NCBI GenBank assembly: GCA_037440005.1
Contig: JBBIUY010000014.1
Span: 1 to 64,000, forward strand
Direction of reading: 5' to 3'
Origin: Armatimonadota bacterium
Lineage (GTDB): Bacteria; Sysuimicrobiota; Sysuimicrobiia; Sysuimicrobiales; Kaftiobacteriaceae
Length of the DNA stretch: 64,000 bases
Numbering within the stretch: the stretch's first letter is position 1; the number at the start of each line of letters is the position of its first letter. This document shows, piece by piece, positions 55,580-64,000 of this stretch. The notes beneath the pieces are model-generated. The model was not told where the DNA came from, ran no database searches, and saw only the letters and a list, made by a program, of their open reading frames with translations. A program made the position numbers and the translations under genes.

Positions 55580-58297
55580 GTGGACGCTGACCTGCGCGCC
55601 GCCCGAGCGCGGCTGACCGTGGACGACCAGACGTGGACGTATGCCCCGCTGGAGGCTCTGACCGAGCACCTGGCCCTCCCCCTGGAGAGGCTGCCGGTGA
55701 CGATCAAGATCCTGCTGGAGAACGTCCTGCGCCACTGCGGCACGCCGCCGTTCGCCGAGGAGGACGTCCGCGCGCTGGCGGCGTGGCAGCCGGGGACGGC
55801 CGGCCGCCGGGAGGTCCCCTTCCTGCCGGCCCGGGTGCTGCTGCAGGACTTCACCGGCGTCCCGGTGGTGGTGGACCTGGCCGCCATGCGGGACGCCCTG
55901 GCCGCGCTGGGCGGAGATCCGCGGCGGGTCAATCCGGTGGTCCCCGCCCACCTGGTGATCGACCACTCGGTGCAGGTGGACGCCTTCGGCGTGCCCCAGG
56001 CGTTCCTGACCAACGTCCAGTACGAGTACCGCCGCAACCGGGAACGCTACCAGCTCCTGCGCTGGGCGCAGCAGGCGTTTGCCAATTTGCACGTGGTCCC
56101 GCCCGGTACCGGGATCGTGCACCAGGTGAACCTGGAATACCTGGCGCGGGTGGTGTGGACCGAGGAGCGCGACGGCGTGGCCGTGGCGTATCCCGACACG
56201 GTGGTGGGCGCCGACTCCCACACCACCATGGTGAACGGGCTGGGCGTGCTGGGGTGGGGGGTGGGCGGCATCGAGGCCGAGGCGGTGCTGCTGGGCCAGC
56301 CCCTGTACCTGCCGCCGCCGGAGGTGGTGGGCGTGCGCCTCAGCGGTCGGCTGCCCGAGGGGGCCACGGCCACCGACCTGGTCCTCACCGTCACCCAGCT
56401 GCTGCGGGCCGTGGGGGTGGTGGGGAAGTTCGTGGAGTTCTTCGGCCCGGGGCTGGACGCCCTGGCCCTCCCGGACCGGGCGACCGTCGCCAACATGGCG
56501 CCCGAATACGGCGCCACCGCGGCCCTGTTTCCCATCGACGACGAGACCCTGGCCTACCTGCGGCTGACGGGCCGGCCGGCCCGCCAGGTGGCGCTGGTGG
56601 AAGCCTATGCGCGGGCCCAGCGGCTGTTCCGCACGCCGGCGGCGGAGCCGGTGTTCGATCAGGTCGTCGAGCTGGACCTGCGGACGGTGCAGCCCAGCGT
56701 GGCCGGCCCCCGCCGTCCGCAGGACCGGGTGGGCCTGGCGGACCTGGGGCGGGCGTTCCGGGCGTCGTTCGCCGACCGGCTGGCCCCGGCGCCGCGGGGA
56801 GGAAGCGCCGCGACGGCGGTGGCCGAACGGCCGCCGGAGGCCCGGGTGCGGATTGAGGGGGAGGAGGTGGCGCTCACCCACGGGTCGGTGGTGATCGCCG
56901 CCATCACCAGCTGCACCAACACCAGCAACCCCGAGGTGATGGTGACCGCCGGCCTGCTCGCCCGCAAGGCCGTGGAGCGCGGCCTGCGCCGGCATCCGGC
57001 GGTCAAGACGAGCCTGGCGCCGGGATCGGCAGTGGTCACGGCGTACCTGGAGCGGGCCGGGTTGCTGCCGGCGCTGGAAGCCCTGGGGTTCCACCTGGTG
57101 GGCTACGGGTGCACCACCTGCATCGGCAACAGCGGGCCGCTGCCCCCGGCGGTGGCGCAGGCCATCCAGGAGCACGACCTGGTGGCGGTGGCCGTGCTCA
57201 GCGGCAACCGCAACTTCGACGGCCGCATCCACCCCCTGGTGCGCGCCAGCTATCTGGCCTCGCCGCCCCTCGTGGTCGCGTTTGCCCTGGCCGGGACCGT
57301 GACCATCGACCTGCTCACCGAGCCCCTGGGGGTCGGGCGGGACGGCCGCCCGGTGTTCCTCCGCGACATCTGGCCCAGCCGGGAGGAGGTGGCGGAGGTG
57401 GTCGCCCGGGCCGTGACTCCCGACCTGTTCGCCGCCCGCTACCGGGACGTCTACGCCGGCGACGAGACCTGGCGGGCGCTGGAGACCGGCGGCGGGGACC
57501 GGTACCGGTGGGACCCCGGGTCCACCTACGTGCGGCGGCCCCCGTTCTTTGACGCGCTGGCCGCGCGGCCGCATCCTCCCTCCGACATCCTCGGCGCGCG
57601 GGTGCTGGTGTGGGTGGGCGACTCGGTGACCACCGACCACATCTCGCCGGCCGGCAGCATCCCCCCCGACAGCCCCGCGGGACGGTACCTGATCGAGCGG
57701 GGGGTGGCGGTGGAGGAGTTCAACACCTACGGCGCCCGGCGGGGCAACCACGAAGTGCTGGTGCGCGGGACCTTTGCCAACGTCCGCCTGCGCAACCGCC
57801 TGGCCGGGGGGCGGGAAGGGGGATGGACCACCCACCGGCCGTCGGGCGACCTGGTGACGGTGTATGAGGCCGCCGAGCGGTATAGACGGGAGGGCGTTCC
57901 CCTGCTGGTCCTGGCCGGCAAGGAGTACGGCGCCGGCAGTTCGCGAGACTGGGCCGCCAAGGGCCCCGCGCTGCTGGGCGTGCGCGCGGTGCTGGCCGAG
58001 AGCTTCGAGCGCATCCACCGCGCCAACCTGATCGGGATGGGCATCCTGCCCCTGCAGTTTCTGCCCGGTCAGTCGGCTCAGTCCCTGGGCCTGGACGGCA
58101 CCGAGGTCTACGACATCACCGGCCTGTCCGATGGACTGCAGCCCGGCCAGCGGGTGACGGTGCGCGCCCGGCGGGCGGACGGGCGGGAGACGACCTTCCA
58201 GGCGGTGGCGCGGCTGGACATCCCCGCGGAGGTGGAGTACTACCGGCACGGGGGGATCCTTCCGTACGTGGTCCGGTCCCTCCTGGACGGTGTGTGA
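55580..58297 (+). CDS. acnA: Aconitate hydratase
   Basis: QDFTG, DSHT, TSCTN, GCTTCIGNSG, GSSRDWAAKG. Confidence 0.96.
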   Translation: MDADLRAARARLTVDDQTWTYAPLEALTEHLALPLERLPVTIKILLENVLRHCGTPPFAEEDVRALAAWQPGTAGRREVPFLPARVLLQDFTGVPVVVDLAAMRDALAALGGDPRRVNPVVPAHLVIDHSVQVDAFGVPQAFLTNVQYEYRRNRERYQLLRWAQQAFANLHVVPPGTGIVHQVNLEYLARVVWTEERDGVAVAYPDTVVGADSHTTMVNGLGVLGWGVGGIEAEAVLLGQPLYLPPPEVVGVRLSGRLPEGATATDLVLTVTQLLRAVGVVGKFVEFFGPGLDALALPDRATVANMAPEYGATAALFPIDDETLAYLRLTGRPARQVALVEAYARAQRLFRTPAAEPVFDQVVELDLRTVQPSVAGPRRPQDRVGLADLGRAFRASFADRLAPAPRGGSAATAVAERPPEARVRIEGEEVALTHGSVVIAAITSCTNTSNPEVMVTAGLLARKAVERGLRRHPAVKTSLAPGSAVVTAYLERAGLLPALEALGFHLVGYGCTTCIGNSGPLPPAVAQAIQEHDLVAVAVLSGNRNFDGRIHPLVRASYLASPPLVVAFALAGTVTIDLLTEPLGVGRDGRPVFLRDIWPSREEVAEVVARAVTPDLFAARYRDVYAGDETWRALETGGGDRYRWDPGSTYVRRPPFFDALAARPHPPSDILGARVLVWVGDSVTTDHISPAGSIPPDSPAGRYLIERGVAVEEFNTYGARRGNHEVLVRGTFANVRLRNRLAGGREGGWTTHRPSGDLVTVYEAAERYRREGVPLLVLAGKEYGAGSSRDWAAKGPALLGVRAVLAESFERIHRANLIGMGILPLQFLPGQSAQSLGLDGTEVYDITGLSDGLQPGQRVTVRARRADGRETTFQAVARLDIPAEVEYYRHGGILPYVVRSLLDGV

Positions 58298-58390
58298 GGG
58301 CGGCGGGCCGCATCCCGCCGGGCGGCGCGCGACGCCGCGGACATCGCCTGCGGATCTGATTCCCGGCCGGCCGACGCCGCTGGGCGTCCC

Positions 58391-58419
58391 TTGACATACC
58401 CCGGGGGGTATGGTATGCT
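58391..58419 (+). promoter_or_regulatory. Promoter with an embedded CsoR/CstR-type operator
   Basis: TTGACA-N17-TATGCT; ATACCCCGGGGGGTAT at 58396-58411. Confidence 0.8.
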
Positions 58420-58430
58420 CCCGTGTGGGC

Positions 58431-58511
58431 GCTTTCGCACGAAAGCGGCTCCGGGCCCTGGATCACTTTCGCGCGAAAGCGCCGGGCTGCCGGATCACCT
58501 TCGCGCGAACG
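58431..58511. repeat. Three spaced palindromes TTCGC(A/G)CGAA
   Basis: Copies at 58432, 58466 and 58498. Confidence 0.7.
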
Positions 58512-58544
58512 CGCACGAACGTCGGGCAGGGGGGAGGTGGCGCC

Positions 58545-58766
58545 ATGCGCGGGTGCGTGGGGACGGCCGACCGGGTGCTGCGGGTCCTGATCGGGGTCGC
58601 GGCCCTGGCCTGGGCCCTGGCCCAGCGCGGGCAGATGGCGGCCGGGTGGACCTACGTTCTCTACCTGGCGAGCGCCATCGGCCTGGTCACGGGACTGGCC
58701 GGCCGCTGCCCGCTGTACCTGGCCCTGGGGGTCCAGACCTGCGGGACGGCACGGCCGACGAGCTGA
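58545..58766 (+). CDS. DUF2892/YgaP-like membrane protein
   Basis: VG.ADR.LR...TGLAG.CPLY.ALG..TC. Confidence 0.85.
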   Translation: MRGCVGTADRVLRVLIGVAALAWALAQRGQMAAGWTYVLYLASAIGLVTGLAGRCPLYLALGVQTCGTARPTS

Positions 58767-58818
58767 CCGGCGAGGGGCGGGCCCGCCCGGCCCGCCCCCC
58801 GTCCGGAGGGGCGCTGCG

Positions 58819-59283
58819 ATGAGCGAGGTCATCCGGGCCACGGTGCGCCTTCGGCAGGAAGAGGGCTACCGCTTCCGGGCCGAGTACGACGGGCCCGCCG
58901 GGAGCCTGGTGGTGGACGAGGCCCCGCCTCTGGGCCAGGGGGCCGGTCCCAACCCCGCCCGACTCCTGGCCGCCGCCGTCGGCCACTGCCTGGCCTCTAG
59001 CCTCCTGTACTGCCTGCGCCGGGCCCGGGTGGCGAACCCGCAGGTGGAGGCGACGGTGGACGTGGAGGTCCGGCGCAACGAGCGCGGCCGGTGGCGCGTC
59101 GCTGACATGCGGGTGCGGCTGGACGTGGGAGCGCAGCCGGAGGATCAGGGGGCTCTGCGGCGCTGCCGCGACCTGTTCGAGGACTTCTGTATTGTGACCG
59201 CCAGCGTGCGCCAGGGGATCCCCGTGGACGTGGCGGTGCACGCCGGCGGCGGGTCCGGGGCGAGCCCTCCAGGGCAGGTTTGA
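58819..59283 (+). CDS. OsmC-family protein
   Basis: DEAPPLG.GAGPNP..LAAAVGHCL, FEDFCIVT.SV. Confidence 0.85.
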   Translation: MSEVIRATVRLRQEEGYRFRAEYDGPAGSLVVDEAPPLGQGAGPNPARLLAAAVGHCLASSLLYCLRRARVANPQVEATVDVEVRRNERGRWRVADMRVRLDVGAQPEDQGALRRCRDLFEDFCIVTASVRQGIPVDVAVHAGGGSGASPPGQV

Positions 59284-59470
59284 TCCTCCGCCCCGGCGTC
59301 GCGTTTCAAGGGGCAATCCGCTGCTGCTGACGGTCCCGGGCGAATTCGTGGCCGAGCATGTGGTCCTGATGGCCGCCGGGCTGGTGACGGGCACCACTGT
59401 CTCCCGGCAGGAGCCGGCGGGTCGGGGCTGACCTGCTGCGGCGTCGTCGCGCGCCGGGGGGCGGCGGGCC

Positions 59471-59755
59471 CTACCGGAGCATCAGGAAGGTCCTCTGGAG
59501 CTTACGCAGGGCGCCCTGGGCCTGGGGTTTGCCGGCCAGTTCCATCCGCACGCACTGCTCCAGGCCGGCGGCGATCAGATCCATGGCCACCCGGTCCAGG
59601 GCCGCGCGGGTGGCGGCCACCTGCTGGGCGATGTCGGCGCAGTCGCGTCCCTCCTCCAGCATCCGTTGCAGGCCCCGGACCTGGCCCTCTACCCGCCGCA
59701 GCCGTGTCAGGATGGACGTCCGAGTCTCCGGGTCGATCTGCAGGGTCGCGGCCAT
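59471..59755 (-). CDS. CsoR/RcnR-family repressor, CstR-like
   Basis: RLRRVEGQVRGLQRM...DC...GLEQC; two Cys and no Cu-ligand His. Confidence 0.88.
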   Translation of the reverse strand: MAATLQIDPETRTSILTRLRRVEGQVRGLQRMLEEGRDCADIAQQVAATRAALDRVAMDLIAAGLEQCVRMELAGKPQAQGALRKLQRTFLMLR

Positions 59756-59766
59756 GGGGATCCTCC

Positions 59767-60471
59767 TCAGGACGTGACGTGCGCGGGCTCCGCCGGGTGC
59801 TCGCCGCCGGCGGCGGCCAGGACGTAGCGCAGGAACGCCTCCTCGGCAAGCGCCCCCTCAAAGCTCCACTCGTCGTTGATGACCACCTTGGGCACGCCGT
59901 ACACGCCGTAGCGGTCCGCCAGGGCGGGAAACTCGTTGACCTCGATGACGTCCGCCCGCACCCGCGGCGACTCCTGGGCCATGGCGTGGGCCAGCCGGGC
60001 CGTCCGGGGGCAGTAGGGGCAGGTCGGGGTCACAAAGACCTGGATGTGCGCCTCCCCCGGCAGGTCCCGCAGCGCCTGCCGGGTCTGCGGCCGCAGGCCG
60101 CTGTCGGCCCGGGACACGGCCGCGATGTCGTCCACCAGCACCGCAAACTCAAACCCGGCGGGGATGCCGAAGTAGCGCATCCGCGCCTGGCCGTCGGATC
60201 CGATGAGGATCGCCGGGACCCTGTGCACCCCCGCCGCCTCCGCCTCGGCGGCGTCGGTGACGATGCTGCGCACCCGCAGGCGGATCCGGGGGTCCAGGGC
60301 CGCCACCTCTTCCAGCAGCCGCTGGGTGGTCTCGCAGGTCGGACAGTCGACGCCCGGTACCGCCAGGCCCCCGGGCGAGGTGGTGAACAGGGTCACGGTC
60401 ACCTCTCCGGCCAGGTCCCGGGCGAAGCGCTCCCGGAGGGTCTGGGCGTCTCGGGCCTTCAACAGGGGCAT
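59767..60471 (-). CDS. Protein disulfide oxidoreductase (two thioredoxin folds)
   Basis: CPTC and CPYC, GIPAGFEF, GVPKVVIN. Confidence 0.88.
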   Translation of the reverse strand: MPLLKARDAQTLRERFARDLAGEVTVTLFTTSPGGLAVPGVDCPTCETTQRLLEEVAALDPRIRLRVRSIVTDAAEAEAAGVHRVPAILIGSDGQARMRYFGIPAGFEFAVLVDDIAAVSRADSGLRPQTRQALRDLPGEAHIQVFVTPTCPYCPRTARLAHAMAQESPRVRADVIEVNEFPALADRYGVYGVPKVVINDEWSFEGALAEEAFLRYVLAAAGGEHPAEPAHVTS

Positions 60472-60502
60472 GGGACAGACCTCCTCTCTCCCGCCGGGTA
60501 CA

Positions 60503-60545
60503 ATACTCCGTAGGGTATTATCCCGCGGGGCGGTCCGGCTGTCAA
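60503..60545 (-). promoter_or_regulatory. Promoter with CsoR/CstR-type operator
   Basis: Minus strand TTGACA-N17-GATAAT; ATACTCCGTAGGGTAT at 60503-60518. Confidence 0.78.
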
Positions 60546-60649
60546 CTCCCCCGTCCGACCGGGCGGGCCCCTCGGGCGGGAACCCGAGGGCCTCCCTCGG
60601 CCCCCGGCCCGATTGTGGGACGGCCGGGCCCCGCGTACAGTGGGGGCGG

Positions 60650-60665
60650 ATACCCTGGAGGGTAT
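60650..60665. promoter_or_regulatory. CsoR/CstR-type operator
   Basis: ATACCCTGGAGGGTAT upstream of the dsrE-like gene. Confidence 0.75.
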
Positions 60666-60685
60666 CTGCCGCGGAGGTGAGGGAC

Positions 60686-61108
60686 ATGGCGGATCGGCTG
60701 TCGATGATCGTGTTCTCCGGCACCGTGGACAAGCTGTTCCCGGTGGCGATCCTGGCCTCGGGAGCGGTGGCGATGGGGCAGGAGGTGGACATCTTCCTGA
60801 CCTTCTGGGGACTGGAGGCGTTCCGGCGGGGGGCGCCCCAGCAGAACATGCGCTTCAGCAAGGACTTCGAGGACAAGGCGCCGGCCATGGCGGCGCTGAT
60901 GCAGCAGAAACAGGTGCCGTCGTGGTACGAGACCCTCCGCAAGGCCAAGGAGCTGGGCAACGGCGCGGTGCGCGTCCACGCCTGCGCCATGACCATGGAC
61001 CTGATGGGCCTGACCCAGGACGACCTGGACCCCATCGTGGACGACGTGGTGGGGGTCGGCGAGTTCGTGGAGGAGGCCCAGAAGGGCAAGATCACCCTGT
61101 TCATCTGA
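60686..61108 (+). CDS. DsrE/DsrF-like sulfur carrier
   Basis: IVFSGT.DK, FLTFWGL, ACAMTMDL. Confidence 0.87.
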   Translation: MADRLSMIVFSGTVDKLFPVAILASGAVAMGQEVDIFLTFWGLEAFRRGAPQQNMRFSKDFEDKAPAMAALMQQKQVPSWYETLRKAKELGNGAVRVHACAMTMDLMGLTQDDLDPIVDDVVGVGEFVEEAQKGKITLFI

Positions 61109-61150
61109 GGGTCCGAGCCGGCCCGCACGGCCGGCACAGGAGGGAGAGCG

Positions 61151-61393
61151 ATGGCGGTGGAGCTGAAGGTCGACCGCACCATCGACGCCCGGGGCAGCTA
61201 CTGCCCGGGGCCGCTGATGGAGCTGATCCGGGCCATCCGGGAGGCGCGGGTGGGCGAGGTCGTTGAGGTCCTCAGCAGCGACAGCGGCAGCCGGCGCGAC
61301 ATCCCCAAGTGGTGCCAGAAGGCCGGCCACGAGCTGCTGCGGATCGTCGACGACCAGGGGTTCGCCCGCTTCATCGTGCGCAAGGCCCGATAG
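61151..61393 (+). CDS. tusA: TusA-family sulfurtransferase
   Basis: IDARGSYCPGP, DIPKW. Confidence 0.88.
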   Translation: MAVELKVDRTIDARGSYCPGPLMELIRAIREARVGEVVEVLSSDSGSRRDIPKWCQKAGHELLRIVDDQGFARFIVRKAR

Positions 61394-61406
61394 GGAGGGA
61401 GCGGAC

Positions 61407-62522
61407 ATGGGCCGGCGGGTGCTGGTGGTGGGCGCAGGAACCGGCGGGAGCATCATCGCCAACCTGCTCGCCCGCCGTCCGGGCGTGGAGGTGACGGTGG
61501 CGAGCCGCGACGCCACCCATCTGTACCAGCCCGGACTGCTGTACGTGCCCTTCGGGTGGGTGTCCCCCGACCGGCTGGTCCGTCCCCAGCGTCCGCTGCT
61601 GCACCCGCGGGTCCGCTTCCTCCACGGCGCCGTCCACGAGGTGGACCCGGTCCGGCGCGTGGCGCGGCTGGCCGACGGGGAGATCGGGGTCGACGTTCTG
61701 GTCCTGGCCACCGGCGCCCGCCTGGCGCCCGAGGAGGTGCCGGGGCTGGACGACGCCCACCACTTCTACAGCCCCGACGCCGCGGTGCGCCTGCGGGAGG
61801 CCCTGGCGCGCTTTGAGGGCGGCCACATCGTGGTGGGGGTGGCCGGGGTCCCCTACAAGTGCCCCCCGGCGCCCCTGGAGTTCGCCCTGCTGCTGGAGTG
61901 GGAGCTGCGGCGCACCGGTCGGCGCCGCCGGACCCGCATCACCTACGTCTCGCCCCTGCCCCGGGCCTTCCCCATTGAGTCGGTGGCCGACGTGGTGGAG
62001 CCCATCCTGAGCGCGCGCGGCATCGAGCTGGTGACCTTCTTCAACGTGGAGCAGGTGGACCCGGCCCGGAAGGTGGTGGCCTCCCTGGAGGGGGAGGAGA
62101 TCCCTTACGATCTCCTGGTCCTGATCCCGCCCCACCGGGGGGCGGCGCCGGTGAGCGTGGACGGCATCGCGGACCGGGGAGGGTGGATCCGTACCGACCG
62201 GGAGACCCTGCAAGTCGCCGGCTACGAGGACGTCTACGCCATCGGCGACGCCACCGACCTGCCGGTGAGCAAGAGCGGCTCGGCGGCCCACTACCAGGCC
62301 CGGGCAGTGGCCGCCCGGATCGCCGGGGCCAACCCCGGGCGCGACGTCCGGTACACGGGGAAGGTGATGTGCTTCCTGGAGACCGGCGAACGCCGGGCCA
62401 CGCTGCTGCGGTTCGACTACCAGCACCCCCCGCGTCCGGCTGCGCCCAACCCGGTGGCCTTCGCCCTCAAGCGGCTGTTCAACCGGGTCTACTGGGCGCT
62501 GGTGCCGACGGGGCGGGTGTGA
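61407..62522 (+). CDS. sqr: Sulfide:quinone oxidoreductase-family flavoprotein
   Basis: GAGTGG, YQPG, YKCPPAPLE, AIGD, CFLETG. Confidence 0.8.
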   Translation: MGRRVLVVGAGTGGSIIANLLARRPGVEVTVASRDATHLYQPGLLYVPFGWVSPDRLVRPQRPLLHPRVRFLHGAVHEVDPVRRVARLADGEIGVDVLVLATGARLAPEEVPGLDDAHHFYSPDAAVRLREALARFEGGHIVVGVAGVPYKCPPAPLEFALLLEWELRRTGRRRRTRITYVSPLPRAFPIESVADVVEPILSARGIELVTFFNVEQVDPARKVVASLEGEEIPYDLLVLIPPHRGAAPVSVDGIADRGGWIRTDRETLQVAGYEDVYAIGDATDLPVSKSGSAAHYQARAVAARIAGANPGRDVRYTGKVMCFLETGERRATLLRFDYQHPPRPAAPNPVAFALKRLFNRVYWALVPTGRV

Positions 62523-62535
62523 AGGAGGCACTTCC

Positions 62536-62790
62536 ATGACCACGTCACCGTCCGCTCCGCCGGGAGAGACCTGGACCGTGGACGCCACCGTGGGGACCTG
62601 CGGACCCTTCTGGGACCTGCTGCGGGTGATGGACCTGTCCAAGCCCGGCGACATCATCGACCTGCGGTGCCGCCAGGTGGAGGAAGTGATGCGCTACGCC
62701 TACCTGCTGGTGCGGGCGGCCGGCGGCGAGCTGGTCCGCCTGGAGGTGGAGGACGGGGTCGCCCGCCTGGTGATCCGCAAGGTGCGGTAG
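62536..62790 (+). CDS. Second TusA-like protein
   Basis: VDATVGTCGP, KPGDII, LVIRK; AGGAGG RBS. Confidence 0.65.
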   Translation: MTTSPSAPPGETWTVDATVGTCGPFWDLLRVMDLSKPGDIIDLRCRQVEEVMRYAYLLVRAAGGELVRLEVEDGVARLVIRKVR

Positions 62791-62876
62791 CAGTGCCGCC
62801 CCCGCCCGTCCCGCCACGGGTGGCCGATTCGCCCGGATCCGCTCCCGGGGAGTCCGACCGGACGAGAGGGGCGGTG

Positions 62877-63359
62877 CTAGAGTTTGTAGCCGAACCGCCG
62901 CAGCAGGTCCTTGCGCTGGGCGATCTCCGCTTCCCCCTCGATCCCCCGGGACCGGAGGCCGTCGATCACGCCCAGGATGCCCCGCCCCTGGCCCGTTTCG
63001 GCCAGGACGACCTCCACGGGGTTGGCGGTGGCGCAGTAGATCCCGCACACCTCCGGGACCGCCTTGACGGCGTTGAGGACGTTGATGGGGAAGGCGTCCC
63101 GCAGGAAGATCACAAAGCAGTGTCCCGCCCCCAGGGCCAGGGCGTTGCGTCGGGCCAGCTCGACCAGTTCGGGATCGGTGCCGCTCCACCGCACCAGGGC
63201 CGGCCCCGACGACTCGCAGAAGGCGAGGCCGAACTTCAGCCCTGGCACCGCGCCGGCCAGGGCCTCGTGCAGGTCTTCGACGGTCTTGATGAAGTGCGCC
63301 TGCCCCAGGATCAGGTTGATCTCCGGGGGCTTCTCGATGGAGACCGTGACCAGGTTCAT
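62877..63359 (-). CDS. Adenosine-specific kinase family (DUF355)
   Basis: GQAHFIKTVEDL, AFCESSG, CATANP, GVIDG. Confidence 0.85.
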   Translation of the reverse strand: MNLVTVSIEKPPEINLILGQAHFIKTVEDLHEALAGAVPGLKFGLAFCESSGPALVRWSGTDPELVELARRNALALGAGHCFVIFLRDAFPINVLNAVKAVPEVCGIYCATANPVEVVLAETGQGRGILGVIDGLRSRGIEGEAEIAQRKDLLRRFGYKL

Positions 63360-63654
63360 GTCACCCTCCTCCACATGGTCGTTCTGCCGATGTGTACGGT
63401 GCGGCAGAGCGGGGTTCCTACGGAGGGAGCCGGCCCGCGCAGGTCCGGCCGCGGGCGCAGGCGCCGGGCGGGGTGGGTGAGGAGATGGCAGGCAGGCGGA
63501 CTGCTGGGTGCAGCGCCGCCGGCGCAGCGGCCCCGCCCGGCGCGGGCTCAGCCCCATTGTGGCCGGAGGCCTCGTCCGGCGCCATCGGCGGGCCGACCGA
63601 TTGACGGTAGTCCTCTCAGGCTACGGGCGCGCCCGGAGGCCCCGGGCGCCGATG

Positions 63655-63870
63655 TCAGTTTCTCACCGCGGGACCCGCGTACTGCTGCAGGTGGGCCAGC
63701 AGGTCGGCGTCGGCCAGCTCCTGCAGCGCGGCGCTCACCTCCGCCACTGACAGGCCGTGGTGGGGCGAACTCCGGAGCAGGTGGTACCAGAGGATGCGCG
63801 CCTGCGGGCTCAACGACGCGTACCGCGGGTCGGAGAACAGCCGGGGGTCAATTTCCCAGGACGGAGGCAC
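63655..63870 (-). CDS. Hypothetical protein
   Basis: Strong GGAGGT RBS before GTG; 71 aa. Confidence 0.45.
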   Translation of the reverse strand: MPPSWEIDPRLFSDPRYASLSPQARILWYHLLRSSPHHGLSVAEVSAALQELADADLLAHLQQYAGPAVRN

Positions 63871-64000
63871 GGCCCATCACCTCCCCGCAGGGTCCTGGCT
63901 TCAGGATAGCACGGCGGCCCCCGCGGCGGGAGCGGCGCCCCTAGGGTGTCCAGTGCGGACTAGGTGTTTGCACTTTGTGATAGCCCGTGCGCACGCCCTG

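Noticed and set aside
54815..58249. 1144-aa minus-strand ORF and similar long ORFs (e.g. 5372-7984, 21134-23599, 26440-28956, 30549-33272, 43430-45871)
   Set aside because: These are shadow frames of clear genes in high-GC DNA, with low-complexity G/P/R/A translations and no motifs.
58431..58511. Possible mini-CRISPR
   Set aside because: The period of about 33 bp is too short for repeat plus spacer, there are only three degenerate copies, and there are no cas genes.

Overview
High-GC (roughly 70-75% by eye) bacterial chromosomal window. Bases 1-3.6 kb are a decaying defence island: the 3' end of a type I R-M hsdR, a YgjP-like metalloprotease, MNT/HEPN toxin-antitoxin pieces, an XRE-ImmA/IrrE plus PIN pair, and two eroded pieces of a second hsdR. 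Next come a peptide-type ABC/amidase/GGT catabolic operon and an A-family cytochrome c oxidase operon. A large low-oxygen, metal and nitrosative-stress region follows: MntR-MntH, Rrf2, cupredoxin, nirK, an eNOR-type heme-copper NO reductase operon, gdhA, a yybP-ykoY riboswitch with terC, USPs and a ferritin-like protein. The remainder holds porCDAB plus a GNAT-acyl-CoA ligase, an ascorbate-family PTS with nagA, acnA, and a CstR-like sulfur-handling cluster (DsrE, TusA, SQR) with three operators. Three observations stand out. First, a ~145-nt minus-strand rod-shaped ncRNA candidate with its own promoter and three repeated loop-E-like AGUAA/C(C/G)AUG internal loops (38691-38835). Second, a recurring ATCGG-N8-CCGAT palindrome upstream of many operons. 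Third, the NirK + eNOR module. All calls come from reading motifs by eye; no database searches were run, and start codons are best estimates.
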